Notes under the pieces: model-generated | The model's database searches: none | What the model was told of the DNA's origin: nothing | What the model saw: only the letters and a program-made list of their open reading frames with translations | Source: Nevskia sp. | GTDB lineage: Bacteria > Pseudomonadota > Gammaproteobacteria > Nevskiales > Nevskiaceae | DNA: 64,000 nucleotides | Assembly: GCA_023229645.1 (NCBI GenBank) | Contig: JALNYU010000017.1 | Span: 13,659-77,658, forward strand | Direction of reading: 5' to 3' | Shown here: piece after piece, positions 27,214-38,010 of the stretch | How positions within the stretch are numbered: position 1 is the first letter of the stretch | Layout of the letters: each line of letters starts with the position of its first letter | Made by a program: the position numbers and the translations under genes

Positions 27214-28638
27214 ATGGGGTCCGCTGTGCGCGTTCCGACGCTAGCAATTCTGCTTTCGCTGCCCTTGGCCTGTGCCCAGGCAACAGAGCTGCGCGACCTG
27301 CGTTTGCTCGACGGTCCCGAGAGCACCCGCGTCGTATTCGATCTCGACGCTGAAACCGCGCCGAAGATTTTCACGCTGGCGAATCCGAATCGCGTCGTCG
27401 TCGATTTTGTCGATGCCAAGCGGGCGGCTGGTCTACGCCTCGATAGCGCTGGCAAAGGCATCGTTAAATCGGTACGCACCGGCCCGCATGACAAAGGCCT
27501 GCGCGTCGTGCTCGATGTCGAGGGCGTAGTTTCGCCGCAGAGTTTCGGTCTGCAACCTAGCGGTAGCTACGGCTATCGCTTGATTCTCGATTTAGTCGGC
27601 CCTGCGAGCGCCGCACCCCCGAAGCCGACGGCGCCTGCCCCGACGCCACCCGCCAATCACGAAATCACAGCGCAAATTACCGCTGCCGTCGAAACACCGG
27701 CCGTAAAAACACCCGCTGTATCTTCACCCACACCAGCAGTGACGGTGGCGAGCGCTCCAGCGGTCGCCGCGGCGCAGCCGGTCGAGCGCGTCTCAGCGGC
27801 GCCGGAGCGCGCCGGGCAGGCCGAACGCACGTTGATCAGCGAAAAGACCATCGTCGTTGCAGTCGATGCTGGCCACGGCGGCGAAGATCCGGGTGCGCGC
27901 GGGCTCAATGGCCTGCTCGAAAAAGACGTGACGCTGGCGATTGCGCGCAAGCTTGCGCAGCGCATCAACGCTCAGCCGGGCATGCGCGCCGTGTTAACGC
28001 GTGATGGCGATTACTACGTTGATCTGCGCGAGCGCACCGTCAAAGCCCGCAAGGTGCAGGCCGATTTATTCGTATCGGTACACGCCAACGCCTACAAAGA
28101 TCGCGATATGCGCGGCACGGCGGTTTATGTGCTGTCGGATCGCGGCGTTTCGAGCGAGCAGGCACGCTGGATTGCCAATCACGAAAACGCCGCGGATTTG
28201 GTCGGCGGCGTGAAGCTGCAGAACAAGGATGATGACCTTGCTGCGGTATTGATCGACATTTCGCAATCCGCGACGATGGAAGCAAGCTTCGATCTCGGCG
28301 GCCGTTTGCTCGACTCACTTGGCAAGGTTAATTCCTTGCAGAAGCAGCAAGTGCAGCAGGCCGGTTTCATGGTGCTGAAATCACCGGATATCCCTTCGGT
28401 ACTGGTCGAAACTGCGTTTATCAGCAATCCTTATGAAGAGCGTTTGCTGCGCGACGACAGCTATCGCGACAAGCTCGCCGGTTCGATTTTCGAAGGCGTA
28501 CGCAGCTATTTCACCCGCTACCGGCCGTTGCAGCAGGTTGCCAGTGCAGCGCCTGCGTCTGAACCCGCGGCCCCGACGCAGCGGGCGGGGCAGGGGCGCG
28601 TCGTTCGGGTTAGCTTGAGCCATCCCGGTACCGAATAG
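27214..28638 (+). CDS. N-acetylmuramoyl-L-alanine amidase (AMIN + Amidase_3)
   Basis: TRVVFDL AMIN domain; VDAGHGGEDPGA, FVSVHAN, SVLVETAFISN. Confidence 0.92.
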   Translation: MGSAVRVPTLAILLSLPLACAQATELRDLRLLDGPESTRVVFDLDAETAPKIFTLANPNRVVVDFVDAKRAAGLRLDSAGKGIVKSVRTGPHDKGLRVVLDVEGVVSPQSFGLQPSGSYGYRLILDLVGPASAAPPKPTAPAPTPPANHEITAQITAAVETPAVKTPAVSSPTPAVTVASAPAVAAAQPVERVSAAPERAGQAERTLISEKTIVVAVDAGHGGEDPGARGLNGLLEKDVTLAIARKLAQRINAQPGMRAVLTRDGDYYVDLRERTVKARKVQADLFVSVHANAYKDRDMRGTAVYVLSDRGVSSEQARWIANHENAADLVGGVKLQNKDDDLAAVLIDISQSATMEASFDLGGRLLDSLGKVNSLQKQQVQQAGFMVLKSPDIPSVLVETAFISNPYEERLLRDDSYRDKLAGSIFEGVRSYFTRYRPLQQVASAAPASEPAAPTQRAGQGRVVRVSLSHPGTE

Positions 28639-28770
28639 CCGGCGCGCCGTTGGCGCGTTGTTTTATGCTGGGCGCCCTTGCCGTCGAGCACGCCGTGAAT
28701 CTCGTATTAATTCGTACTTTGCCCCCGTTGACAGTAGCAACCGCAGCTGCGGCTGTGCGGGGGTTTTGAT

Positions 28771-30618
28771 ATGGCGGTGATTCAGCTGCTGCCTGATGTT
28801 CTGATCAATCAAATCGCGGCTGGCGAAGTTGTCGAGCGGCCGTCGGCCGTCGTCAAAGAATTGGTTGAGAACAGTCTCGACGCCGGCGCGACGCGCGTTG
28901 AAATCGAAGTCGAGCAGGGCGGCTTAGGCCTGATTCGCGTGCGCGATGATGGCAGTGGTATCGGCCGCGATCAGCTATTGCTCGCGTTGCAGCGTCACGC
29001 AACGAGCAAGATCAGCAATCTTGACGACCTTGAAAGTGTTGCCAGTTTCGGCTTTCGCGGTGAGGCGCTGCCGAGCATTCTGTCGGTTTCGCGTTTCCAG
29101 CTGATGTCACGCACTGCGGCGGACGACCACGGCTGGTCGGTCGGCGGTGCCGGCGTGCTCGAAGCCGCCGGAGCACGGCCCGTTGCCCATCCGCTGGGGA
29201 CGACGATTGAAGTCCGGGATCTGTTTTTTAATACACCGGCGCGGCGCAAATTCATGCGTGCCGAATCAACCGAATTCCGCCATATCGATCAACAACTACG
29301 GCGTTTGGCGCTGACCCGTTTCGATCGCCATTTCAGCCTCAAACACAATAATCGACGCGTGTTTGAGCTGGCACCGGCCGCCGATGACGCCGCGCGCGCA
29401 GGGCGCATCGCTGAGATTTGCGGCGACGATTTTCTCGCCAATAGCATCGCCGTCGATGAAACGCGGCTGGGCCTACGGCTTTGGGGTTGGGCGACGTTGC
29501 CGAGCTTCGCGCGCGCCCAGGCTGACCAGCAATTTTTCTACGTCAACGGCCGCATGGTGCGCGACAAACTGCTCGGCCATGCGCTGCGGCGGGCTTACGC
29601 CGACGTTTTGCACTCCACACGTTACCCGGCGTTTGCGCTGTTTTTGGAACTCGATCCGGCGACGGTCGATGTCAATGTTCATCCGCAGAAAAGCGAGGTT
29701 CGCTTCCGGCAGTCGTCGCAGGTGCACGATTTTCTATTCGGCTGTGTGCACCAGTTGTTGCGGCGGGTGCGGCCAGAACCGGAACGCCATCACCACGTTG
29801 AGTTCGAGCCTTCAGCACAGCCACCACCGCTGCCGCTGCAACGCAGTTTGTATAGTCGCGAAAGCCAGCCGAGAGCATCGACGGCGCATTGGATGGCAGC
29901 GGAGCCCGCGCCTGCACGCGGCGCTTCGCCGTGGCCGCTCTACGCGCCTGCTGCCGGGCCAGAATTGCGGGTAGCGCCATCCGCGGCAGACGATGCGCCT
30001 TCTGCAACCGATTCCGAATTCCAACCGCTGGGGCGCGCCTTGGCGCAGCTGCGGGGCGTGTTTATCCTGGCCGAAAATCACCGTGGCCTAGTGCTGGTGG
30101 ATGCCCACGCCGGCCACGAACGCGTGATCTACGAGCGCTTTAAACAGCAACTCGCCGAAGGCGCCATCCCATCTCAGGCGCTGCTCTTACCGGAAAGCGT
30201 ACGTGTTGGCGAAGCTGAAGCCGATGCACTAGAAACGCAGGCCGAGTCGTTGAGCCGTTTAGGCTTAAGGCTTGATCGCGCCGGCCCCGATTCGATCACC
30301 GTGCGCGCGGTGCCGCCGTTGCTGGCTAAGACCAATCTAACGGCGTTGCTGCGCACGCTGGCCGGCCGGTCTGACGACGACGAAACCGATAGCGCACTGC
30401 ATTTCTCCGAGGCCCTCGACGCCCAACATCGCATCCTTGCCGATATGGCCTGCCGCGCCGCGATTAAAGCCAACCGCCGCCTAACGATTCCGGAAATGGA
30501 CGCATTGCTGCGTGATATGGAGCAAACCGAAAACGCGGGTCAATGTAATCACGGCCGCCCGACCTGGGTGCAGATCGATGCTGATGCGCTGGATCGGTTG
30601 TTTTTGCGGGGCCGTTAA
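28771..30618 (+). CDS. mutL: DNA mismatch repair protein MutL
   Basis: IAAGEVVERP, GFRGEAL, endonuclease-motif variant DAHAGHER, CNHGRPT. Confidence 0.96.
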   Translation: MAVIQLLPDVLINQIAAGEVVERPSAVVKELVENSLDAGATRVEIEVEQGGLGLIRVRDDGSGIGRDQLLLALQRHATSKISNLDDLESVASFGFRGEALPSILSVSRFQLMSRTAADDHGWSVGGAGVLEAAGARPVAHPLGTTIEVRDLFFNTPARRKFMRAESTEFRHIDQQLRRLALTRFDRHFSLKHNNRRVFELAPAADDAARAGRIAEICGDDFLANSIAVDETRLGLRLWGWATLPSFARAQADQQFFYVNGRMVRDKLLGHALRRAYADVLHSTRYPAFALFLELDPATVDVNVHPQKSEVRFRQSSQVHDFLFGCVHQLLRRVRPEPERHHHVEFEPSAQPPPLPLQRSLYSRESQPRASTAHWMAAEPAPARGASPWPLYAPAAGPELRVAPSAADDAPSATDSEFQPLGRALAQLRGVFILAENHRGLVLVDAHAGHERVIYERFKQQLAEGAIPSQALLLPESVRVGEAEADALETQAESLSRLGLRLDRAGPDSITVRAVPPLLAKTNLTALLRTLAGRSDDDETDSALHFSEALDAQHRILADMACRAAIKANRRLTIPEMDALLRDMEQTENAGQCNHGRPTWVQIDADALDRLFLRGR

Positions 30619-30716
30619 GAGAACTCCATCACAGTTTCGATTCAGAATCGGTTGGCGGCATCGGAGTGGCGCGTTATCTTATTGAAGGTAAAAAAATAAT
30701 TAAGGATCAGGGCCAT

Positions 30717-31928
30717 ATGGACGACGCACAACCTGCGGCAATAAGCGGTGACCTGCCGATAGAGCCGGAAACGCCAGCAATTTCGCTTCCATTTCCGCCG
30801 CAGCCAATGGCGTTCAAATTCGTCGGTAGCGGCGCTGAATATTTTCGAATCTGGATCGTTAATGTTCTATTGACGATCGTCACGCTGGGGGTCTATTCGG
30901 CGTGGGCGAAAGTACGGCGCTTACGGTATTTCTATCGGTGTACGGAGTTCGACGGCACCGGCTTCGAATATCACGGACGTCCGCTGGCGATCTTGATTGG
31001 CCGCGTCATCGCGGTGGCGCTATTTGTCGCCTATCAATACGCTGCCTATGTTTCAAAACCCTTGGGCGCGGGCGTTGGGCTTTTACTGGCGGTTGTTGCC
31101 CCGTGGTTGATGCGTAATGCGTTGCGCTTTCGCTTGCACAACAGCAGTTACCGTGGGCTGCGGTTTGGTTTTACAGGGTCGCTCGGGGACGCTTATCTCG
31201 CCACTTTTATCGGGCTAATTTTGCTGATCGTTTTAGGCATCGCGACGGCAATATTAATAGGCATCGAAAAAACCTTGCAGTTGCCGTGGCTTACCGGGGT
31301 CACGATTCTGGCAGTGGTGCTGACAGTGGCATTCGGGATCTACCCGTACTGGTATCGGGCGTTTAAGGAATATCAACATGGGAATGCACGGTTTGGTAAC
31401 GCCGCATTTCGTTTTAACAGTCGGCTCGCGTCCTTCGTCTGGATATTTTTTCAGCTACTTCTGATCTTTATCGGCATCGCAATTGTCTCGGTCGTTACGC
31501 AAGCAATGGTCGGCGATACACGGTTTCCTGGTGCTGCAACCCAGCAGAAGGAGTTGCAAGGCGTATTAAAAATGCTGCCGTTCTTGTTCGTCATTTATGG
31601 CGGCATGTTGCTCGTTATGCTGCCATTTTTTCGGAGCCGTATCGACAATCTAGTCTGGAATAGCACCGCGCTAGGTCCGCACCGCTTCGAGAATCGGCTG
31701 CGCGCTCGCGACTTGATTGTTCTGTATCTCACAAACTTCATCGGGATTGTTTGCACCTTAGGCTTTTACACGCCGTGGGCGATGGTGCGGACGGCGCGCT
31801 ACCGCGCCGAACACATGACGCTAATTCTGGCCGAACCCATCGATCAAGTTCTTGCTGCCACGGAAGCCGAAAACCTTGCGTTCGGTGATGAGGTCGGCGG
31901 GGTTTTCGATATCGATATCAGCTTGTAA
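30717..31928 (+). CDS. YjgN/DUF898 family membrane protein
   Basis: F.GSGAEYFRIWIVNVLLTIVTLGVYSAWAKVR; TLGFYTPWA. Confidence 0.9.
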   Translation: MDDAQPAAISGDLPIEPETPAISLPFPPQPMAFKFVGSGAEYFRIWIVNVLLTIVTLGVYSAWAKVRRLRYFYRCTEFDGTGFEYHGRPLAILIGRVIAVALFVAYQYAAYVSKPLGAGVGLLLAVVAPWLMRNALRFRLHNSSYRGLRFGFTGSLGDAYLATFIGLILLIVLGIATAILIGIEKTLQLPWLTGVTILAVVLTVAFGIYPYWYRAFKEYQHGNARFGNAAFRFNSRLASFVWIFFQLLLIFIGIAIVSVVTQAMVGDTRFPGAATQQKELQGVLKMLPFLFVIYGGMLLVMLPFFRSRIDNLVWNSTALGPHRFENRLRARDLIVLYLTNFIGIVCTLGFYTPWAMVRTARYRAEHMTLILAEPIDQVLAATEAENLAFGDEVGGVFDIDISL

Positions 31929-31942
31929 CGGCCGAGCCAGGC

Positions 31943-32941
31943 GTGGAAATTCCTGCGGTTTATTACGATGGCCAGACCGCTCGGCGGTATCCGATCAGTT
32001 TAGTCATTGAGCAGGGCGTCGTTTCCCTATACGGGCCGGACTTCGAGCGTCATGAGCGGGTGATCGACATCGAAGTGCCCGAGCACTTTGGCGCTGGCGC
32101 GCGGGTGCTCCGCTTCGCGGACGGGGCCTATTGCGAGGTGGCTGACCACGCCGCGCTCAACACGGCGCTTGCGGCGTCGGGCTATCGCGCGGGCGCACTG
32201 GAGCGCTGGCAACGGAGTGGCAGCATCGCGATTGCGGCACTTGTTGGGGTCGTCGTCATCAGCGTTCTGGCGTACTACGTTGGCTTGCCCGCCGCCGCTG
32301 ACGTCGTGGCGCGCAAAGTACCGATGCCTTTCGTCGCAAGCCTTAGCCGGGGCGCACTGGCGGCGTTGGACGGGAGTTCCTTGAACGCTTCGACACTGGA
32401 CGCTGAGCGCCGCGCTGCGCTCGTTCGTGGCTACAGCGCGCTCAAACTTGGTGATAACCAAGCGGTGCCGCGCATCGAATTCCGCTCCAGTCCGGCCCTT
32501 GGTGCAAATGCGTTTGCGTTGCCGGACGGTACGGTTGTGTTGCTCGACGAACTGGTTGCGATCGCCGGCAGCGATGACGAAATCTACGCGGTGCTCGCAC
32601 ACGAGCAGGGCCACGTACATTACCGGCATAGCCTGCGACGGCTGCTGCAAGGATCGGTCGTTGCAACGGCGATGACGGCTTGGCTGGGGGACGTCTCATC
32701 CATGCTGGTGTTGTTGCCGACGGTCCTGCTGGAAACACGCTATTCCCGCAGGTTCGAGACGGAAGCCGACGACTACGCGGCCGGCCAGCTGCGTGCGCGT
32801 GGCCTGAGTCCGGGTTTGCTTGCGGACGCTTTGGAACATTTGACTGCACAGCGTCATGGCGGTCCTGACATTCCAGATTATTTATCGTCGCATCCGGCAA
32901 CCGCGGAGCGGATCAAAAATTTGCGTGCCGCTGCCGAGTAG
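31943..32941 (+). CDS. M48 family metallopeptidase
   Basis: NAFALPDG, HEQGH zinc motif, ETEAD, SSHP. Confidence 0.9.
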   Translation: MEIPAVYYDGQTARRYPISLVIEQGVVSLYGPDFERHERVIDIEVPEHFGAGARVLRFADGAYCEVADHAALNTALAASGYRAGALERWQRSGSIAIAALVGVVVISVLAYYVGLPAAADVVARKVPMPFVASLSRGALAALDGSSLNASTLDAERRAALVRGYSALKLGDNQAVPRIEFRSSPALGANAFALPDGTVVLLDELVAIAGSDDEIYAVLAHEQGHVHYRHSLRRLLQGSVVATAMTAWLGDVSSMLVLLPTVLLETRYSRRFETEADDYAAGQLRARGLSPGLLADALEHLTAQRHGGPDIPDYLSSHPATAERIKNLRAAAE

Positions 32942-32999
32942 GCCGGTTGGTGAGGGCCGGGGGATTACATGCGCGCCAGACGGTAGAATTGGCGCAAAG

Positions 33000-33980
33000 A
33001 TGAAAGCCTCCGCGTTGAGCCTACCCCCCGTGATTGCAATTGCTGGCCCGACTGCGGCCGGCAAAAGCGCGTTGGCTCTGGATTTTTGGCGGCAATTCGA
33101 CCGCGGGCTTGGCGGCTGGGGCGGGGCGGAGCTGATTAGTGTTGATTCGGCACAGATTTATCGCGGTATGGACATAGGCAGCGCGAAACCCGATGCCGCA
33201 ACGCAGGCGCAGGTGCCGCATCACTTACTCGATATCCTCGATCCCAGCGAGCCGTACTCCGCCGCCCGTTTCGCCAACGACGCTTTGCCGCTGATCGCCG
33301 CGATTCGGGCGCGTAGCCGCGTGCCGATTTTGGTCGGCGGGACGATGTTCTATTTCCGGGCCTTATTTGAAGGCTTGAACGAGCTGCCGTCGGCGGATCC
33401 GGTAATACGGGCAGAATTGGTGGCCGAAGCGGCACAGATCGGCGTGTTGGCGCAGCACGCGCGGTTGGCACAGGTCGATCCCGAAAGCGCCGCCCGGTTG
33501 CATCCGAACGATAGCCAGCGCGTGCAGCGCGCACTGGAAATCTATGCGCTGCTCGGCGAGCCTGCGAACGCCTATTTCGGACGGCCGAAATCCGCAGCAA
33601 ACCTGCCAGGGCCGACGCTGCGGCTGGCCTTGGTCCCTGACGATCGTGATCGCCTCAACACCAATATCGCGTTGCGATTCAAACAGATGCTGGCGCAAGG
33701 CTTGGTCGATGAAGTGGCAGCGCTGCGCGCGCGTGGTGATCTCCATTTGGGGCTGCCATCGATGCGGGCCGTTGGGTATCGCCAGATTTGGCACTATCTC
33801 GACGGCGCGGTGAACCTCGCTGAGGCTGAAATGCAGGGCATCATCGCCACCCGGCAATACGCCAAACGGCAGTTAACCTGGTTACGCGGCGATAAAAGTT
33901 GGCGATATTACAATCTTGCGGAACCCTTTCGGCTGGCGCAGGTCTTGAGAGAAGCCATTGCGGTGCAACGGTTTTCCTAG
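33000..33980 (+). CDS. miaA: tRNA dimethylallyltransferase
   Basis: GPTAAGKS, SVDSAQIYRGMDIGSAKP, VGYRQ. Confidence 0.96.
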   Translation: MKASALSLPPVIAIAGPTAAGKSALALDFWRQFDRGLGGWGGAELISVDSAQIYRGMDIGSAKPDAATQAQVPHHLLDILDPSEPYSAARFANDALPLIAAIRARSRVPILVGGTMFYFRALFEGLNELPSADPVIRAELVAEAAQIGVLAQHARLAQVDPESAARLHPNDSQRVQRALEIYALLGEPANAYFGRPKSAANLPGPTLRLALVPDDRDRLNTNIALRFKQMLAQGLVDEVAALRARGDLHLGLPSMRAVGYRQIWHYLDGAVNLAEAEMQGIIATRQYAKRQLTWLRGDKSWRYYNLAEPFRLAQVLREAIAVQRFS

Positions 33981-34077
33981 TGCTCTTAGGGAGCGTATTC
34001 GTAATCGGTGTTACACTTCCAAGGCTATGGCATTCCCCCCAAAGCCAATCCAAAAATACTGAAAAAGGTAGCTGATA

Positions 34078-34329
34078 ATGTCTAAAGGACAGACTCTGCA
34101 GGAGCCATTCCTCAATGCCCTGCGCAAAGAGCGCATTCCGGTTTCGATTTACCTTGTCAACGGCATCAAGTTGCAAGGTCAGATCGAATCTTTCGACCAA
34201 TTTGTTGTGCTGCTAAAGAACACCGTGAGTCAGATGGTTTACAAGCACGCGATCTCAACGATCGTCCCAGCGCGTTCGGTGCGTATTGCCGAAACCGATA
34301 GCGACGAGAACGAATCATCGGGCAATTGA
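34078..34329 (+). CDS. hfq: RNA chaperone Hfq
   Basis: [19 protein letters not shown]. Confidence 0.98.
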   Translation: MSKGQTLQEPFLNALRKERIPVSIYLVNGIKLQGQIESFDQFVVLLKNTVSQMVYKHAISTIVPARSVRIAETDSDENESSGN

Positions 34330-35660
34330 GTACACCACCCGCCTACGTCCCTGCCAGCCCGTCGGCGGGTGATGCCCAGAAGACCGTGTTGGTGCATTTG
34401 GAATTTTCCGGCACCGACTACGAGGCTGATCAGGCAGAATTTATCGAGCTGGCGAACTCCGCCAAGCTCAATGTCGTGGCTGTGATTGGCGGCCACCGTG
34501 ATCGGCCGGACGCCAGCACCTACGCCGGTAGCGGTAAAGTCGATGAAGTTGCCGCTGTGGTCGCCGGTTCTGGCGCCGAGCTGGTGATTTTTAATCACGA
34601 TTTATCCCCGAGCCAAGAACGTAACTTAGAGAAGCGGCTGCACTGCCGCGTGATCAACCGCGCCGGTTTGATTCTCGATATTTTTGCTCAGCGGGCGCGT
34701 TCGCATGAAGGCAAGCTGCAAGTTGAACTTGCCCGTTTGAATCACATGGCAACGCGCCTCGTGCGCGGCTGGACCCACCTTGAACGCCAGAAAGGCGGTA
34801 TCGGCCTGCGTGGCGGTCCGGGTGAAACGCAGCTCGAAATCGATCGCCGCTTATTGCGCGGTCGCATGGGCACACTGACCAAACAATTGGAAGTTGTGAA
34901 AAGCCGACGCGCGCAAAACCGCAATGGCCGACAGCGCAACGAAATACCGACGGTTTCCCTGGTTGGCTATACCAACGCGGGTAAATCGACCTTGTTCAAT
35001 GCCTTGACCGGCGACGATACCTTTGCCTCCAATCAACTCTTTGCGACGCTCGATACCACCGTCCGCAAAGTGGCGCTGCCGAGCGGCGAAACCGCAGTGT
35101 TAGCGGATACCGTCGGTTTTATTCGCGACTTGCCGCATGATTTGATCGCGGCCTTCCGTGCAACCTTGGAAGAATCACGCGAAGCCGAGCTGTTGCTGCA
35201 TGTCATTGATGCGTCTGACCCTGAACGGAACGTCCGTATCGCGCAGGTTGAGGATGTATTGCGCGAGATCGGCGCGATCGACGTCCCGCGATTGCAAGTC
35301 TTCAACAAAATCGATCTGCGCGAAGGCGAGCTGCCGCATGTCGAAACCGATCCTGAAGGGATTCCGCAGCGGGTGTTTTTGTCGGCGCGCAGCGGCGAAG
35401 GGCTAGCGTTATTGCGCACGGCGATCGCGGCGCGGCTGTATCCAGACCTGATCGAAGACGATTTAGTGCTACCGCCGCAGGCGGCAAAATTGCGCGCGCA
35501 GCTGTTTCAATTGCAGGCCGTACGCGCAGAAACAATAGAATCTGACGGCAGTTCGCGACTCAGTGTGCGCCTGCCTTATTCCCGGCTTGAGCGGCTTTGC
35601 CGCGAAGCGGGGATCACGCCACCGGCGCGCGCGGTTGCCGTGCCGCCTGTGGCTTCCTAA
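34326..35660 (+). CDS. hflX: GTPase HflX
   Basis: [22 protein letters not shown]. Confidence 0.96.
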   Translation: MSTPPAYVPASPSAGDAQKTVLVHLEFSGTDYEADQAEFIELANSAKLNVVAVIGGHRDRPDASTYAGSGKVDEVAAVVAGSGAELVIFNHDLSPSQERNLEKRLHCRVINRAGLILDIFAQRARSHEGKLQVELARLNHMATRLVRGWTHLERQKGGIGLRGGPGETQLEIDRRLLRGRMGTLTKQLEVVKSRRAQNRNGRQRNEIPTVSLVGYTNAGKSTLFNALTGDDTFASNQLFATLDTTVRKVALPSGETAVLADTVGFIRDLPHDLIAAFRATLEESREAELLLHVIDASDPERNVRIAQVEDVLREIGAIDVPRLQVFNKIDLREGELPHVETDPEGIPQRVFLSARSGEGLALLRTAIAARLYPDLIEDDLVLPPQAAKLRAQLFQLQAVRAETIESDGSSRLSVRLPYSRLERLCREAGITPPARAVAVPPVAS

Positions 35661-35740
35661 AATCCCGCGTATTTTGCGATCTTTCCACCCCGGCATCGCC
35701 GCTGTAGCGATGCGACATCATCACCCGGAGTAAATGACTC

Positions 35741-36886
35741 ATGGCTTGGAACGAGCCGGGACCCGGCCGCGACCCCTGGAACCCAAATTCCGGCGGTAAA
35801 CGCGGTGACGAAGGTCCCCCTGATCTCGACGCGCTGCTAAAGCGTCTGAAAGAGCGTTTCTTCGGTAAAGGCAGCGGGCGTGGCCCATCTGGGCGCTTCG
35901 GCGGTGGTACGCCGAAGAGCGTTATCGGCTTGATTGCCGTGCTTATCGTTGCGCTCTGGCTGCTGTCCGGGTTTTATACGATCGAAGAGCAGCAGCGCGG
36001 CGTCGTCCTGCGCTTTGGCGCCTATACCGGCACCACCGAGCCGGGCCTGAAATGGCGTTTGCCGTGGCCGATCGAGCGAGTTGAGAAAATCGACTACACG
36101 CAAGTGCGCCAAGTCACCGACCGCGCGACGATGCTGACGCAGGACGAGAACATCGTCGATCTTGAATTGTCCGTGCAGTATCGGGTGTCTTCGGCTGAAG
36201 ATTATCTGTTCAGCATGGCTGATCCGGATCGCACCTTGCAGCAGGCCACGAAAGCCTCGGTGCGCGAAGTGGTTGGCCAATCGCTGATGGATTTTATTTT
36301 GACCGACGGCCGCCAAGCGGTCGCCGATAAAACCAAAATCCTGTTGCAAGAGCGCCTGAACGAATATCACGCTGGCTTGATCGTTACCGAAGTCAACTTG
36401 CAGCAGGCGCAACCGCCAGAGCAGGTACAGGCCGCGTTCGCTGATGCAATCAAGGCGCGCGAAGACAAAGAACGCTTGCGTAACGAGGCTGAGGCCTACG
36501 CCAACGACCGCTTGCCGCGCGCGCGCGGCGAAGCGGCGCGTAACCTCGCCGAAGCCACGGCTTATCGCGATCAAACCATCGCTCGCGCCCAAGGTGATGC
36601 CGCGCGCTACTTGGCGCTGTACGAGGAATATCGCAAAGCACCGAAAATCACCCGCAGCCGTATGTATTACGACGTGATGGGCGAAGTTTATGGCGCATCG
36701 AGCAAGATTTTGATCGATGTCGACAAGAGCAACCCGACGTTCTTCCTGCCGCTGGACCAATTGCTGAAAAACGCGCAGCGCGCGGGTGATGCCGTAGTTG
36801 ATAGCTCGACCGGCAAGACCTACCGCACCGGTCCGGCGAAAGACGGTGGCGATGAAGCGGCGCGCTCGCGCGATCGCAGCCGCTGA
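35741..36886 (+). CDS. hflK: FtsH modulator HflK
   Basis: MAWNEPG, GPPDLD, SPFH domain. Confidence 0.96.
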   Translation: MAWNEPGPGRDPWNPNSGGKRGDEGPPDLDALLKRLKERFFGKGSGRGPSGRFGGGTPKSVIGLIAVLIVALWLLSGFYTIEEQQRGVVLRFGAYTGTTEPGLKWRLPWPIERVEKIDYTQVRQVTDRATMLTQDENIVDLELSVQYRVSSAEDYLFSMADPDRTLQQATKASVREVVGQSLMDFILTDGRQAVADKTKILLQERLNEYHAGLIVTEVNLQQAQPPEQVQAAFADAIKAREDKERLRNEAEAYANDRLPRARGEAARNLAEATAYRDQTIARAQGDAARYLALYEEYRKAPKITRSRMYYDVMGEVYGASSKILIDVDKSNPTFFLPLDQLLKNAQRAGDAVVDSSTGKTYRTGPAKDGGDEAARSRDRSR

Positions 36887-36900
36887 TCGAGAGCAAATTT

Positions 36901-37776
36901 ATGAATAACCGCCAAAGTTTTATCGCCGTTGGGGTCGTCATCGCGCTGTTACTGGTGCTGAACAGCGTTTTTATCGTTGATCAGCGGTATAGCAAAGTCG
37001 TGCTGTTTGAATTCGGCGAATTGCAGGGCAGCGATTACAAGCCCGGTTTGCACTTCAAGCTGCCGTTCGTGCAGACCGTGAAGAAATTCGATAGCCGGAT
37101 TTTGACGCTCGACAATCAGACCGAAACCTTCTTGACGATCGAGAAGAAAAACGTCGAAGTTGATTTCTTCGTCAAGTGGCGTATCGACGACATCGCCACT
37201 TACTACCGCTCAACCGGCGGTCAGGATTTGGTCGCCGAAGGCCGACTCGCGACGATCATCAACCCCGGCTTACGCGCCGAGTTTGGCAGCCGCACGATTC
37301 AGCAAGCGGTGTCTGGCGAACGCGGCGAGATTATGTCGGCGCTGGTGAAAACCGCCGCCGATAAAGTCAAAGAGTTGGGTATCAAGCTGGTCGATGTCCG
37401 TATCAAGAGCATCAACCTGCCGAAAGGCGTCAGCGATTCGGTCTACGAACGTATGCGCGCCGAGCGCACGCGAACGGCGTCTGACCTGCGCGCGCGTGGT
37501 TTTGAAGAAGCCGAGAAAATTCGCGCCGAGGCTGATCGTTCAGCGCAGATCACCTTGGCCGACGCTTACCGCGACGCTGAAAAGCTACGCGGCGAGGGCG
37601 ACGCTAAAACCACCGAATTGTCCGCGAAAGCCTACGGCACCGACCCCGAGTTCTACGCGTTCTACCGTTCTCTCAATGCCTACCGTGATGCCTTCAAGGA
37701 TCAAAAAGATGTGCTGGTACTCGAACCAAAAGGCGAGTTCTTCAAGTATTTCAAGCAAAGCGAGCCCGGCAAGTGA
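36901..37776 (+). CDS. hflC: FtsH modulator HflC
   Basis: GLHFKLPF, RMRAER, FYAFYRSL. Confidence 0.96.
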   Translation: MNNRQSFIAVGVVIALLLVLNSVFIVDQRYSKVVLFEFGELQGSDYKPGLHFKLPFVQTVKKFDSRILTLDNQTETFLTIEKKNVEVDFFVKWRIDDIATYYRSTGGQDLVAEGRLATIINPGLRAEFGSRTIQQAVSGERGEIMSALVKTAADKVKELGIKLVDVRIKSINLPKGVSDSVYERMRAERTRTASDLRARGFEEAEKIRAEADRSAQITLADAYRDAEKLRGEGDAKTTELSAKAYGTDPEFYAFYRSLNAYRDAFKDQKDVLVLEPKGEFFKYFKQSEPGK

Positions 37777-37805
37777 ACCTTGCCGGCATCCGCCGCTGAC
37801 TGCAG

Positions 37806-38000
37806 GTGTTGGACGATTTGCTGCGCGCGGGCGCGCTGATGCTGATTCTGGAAGGCATATTGCCGTTTCTGGCGCCAGCGCGAACCCGCCGGATTTACAC
37901 CGCGTTGGCGGGAATGAACGAACGTACGCTGCGCCGGTTCGGCTTATTCGGCATGGTCGCCGGGCTCGGCGTTCTGCAATACCTGCGTTGGATCGCCTGA
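37806..38000 (+). CDS. DUF2065 (YjeT-like) small membrane protein
   Basis: LMLILEGILPFLAP; conserved position after hflC. Confidence 0.88.
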   Translation: MLDDLLRAGALMLILEGILPFLAPARTRRIYTALAGMNERTLRRFGLFGMVAGLGVLQYLRWIA

Positions 38001-38010
38001 GGACTGCGGC

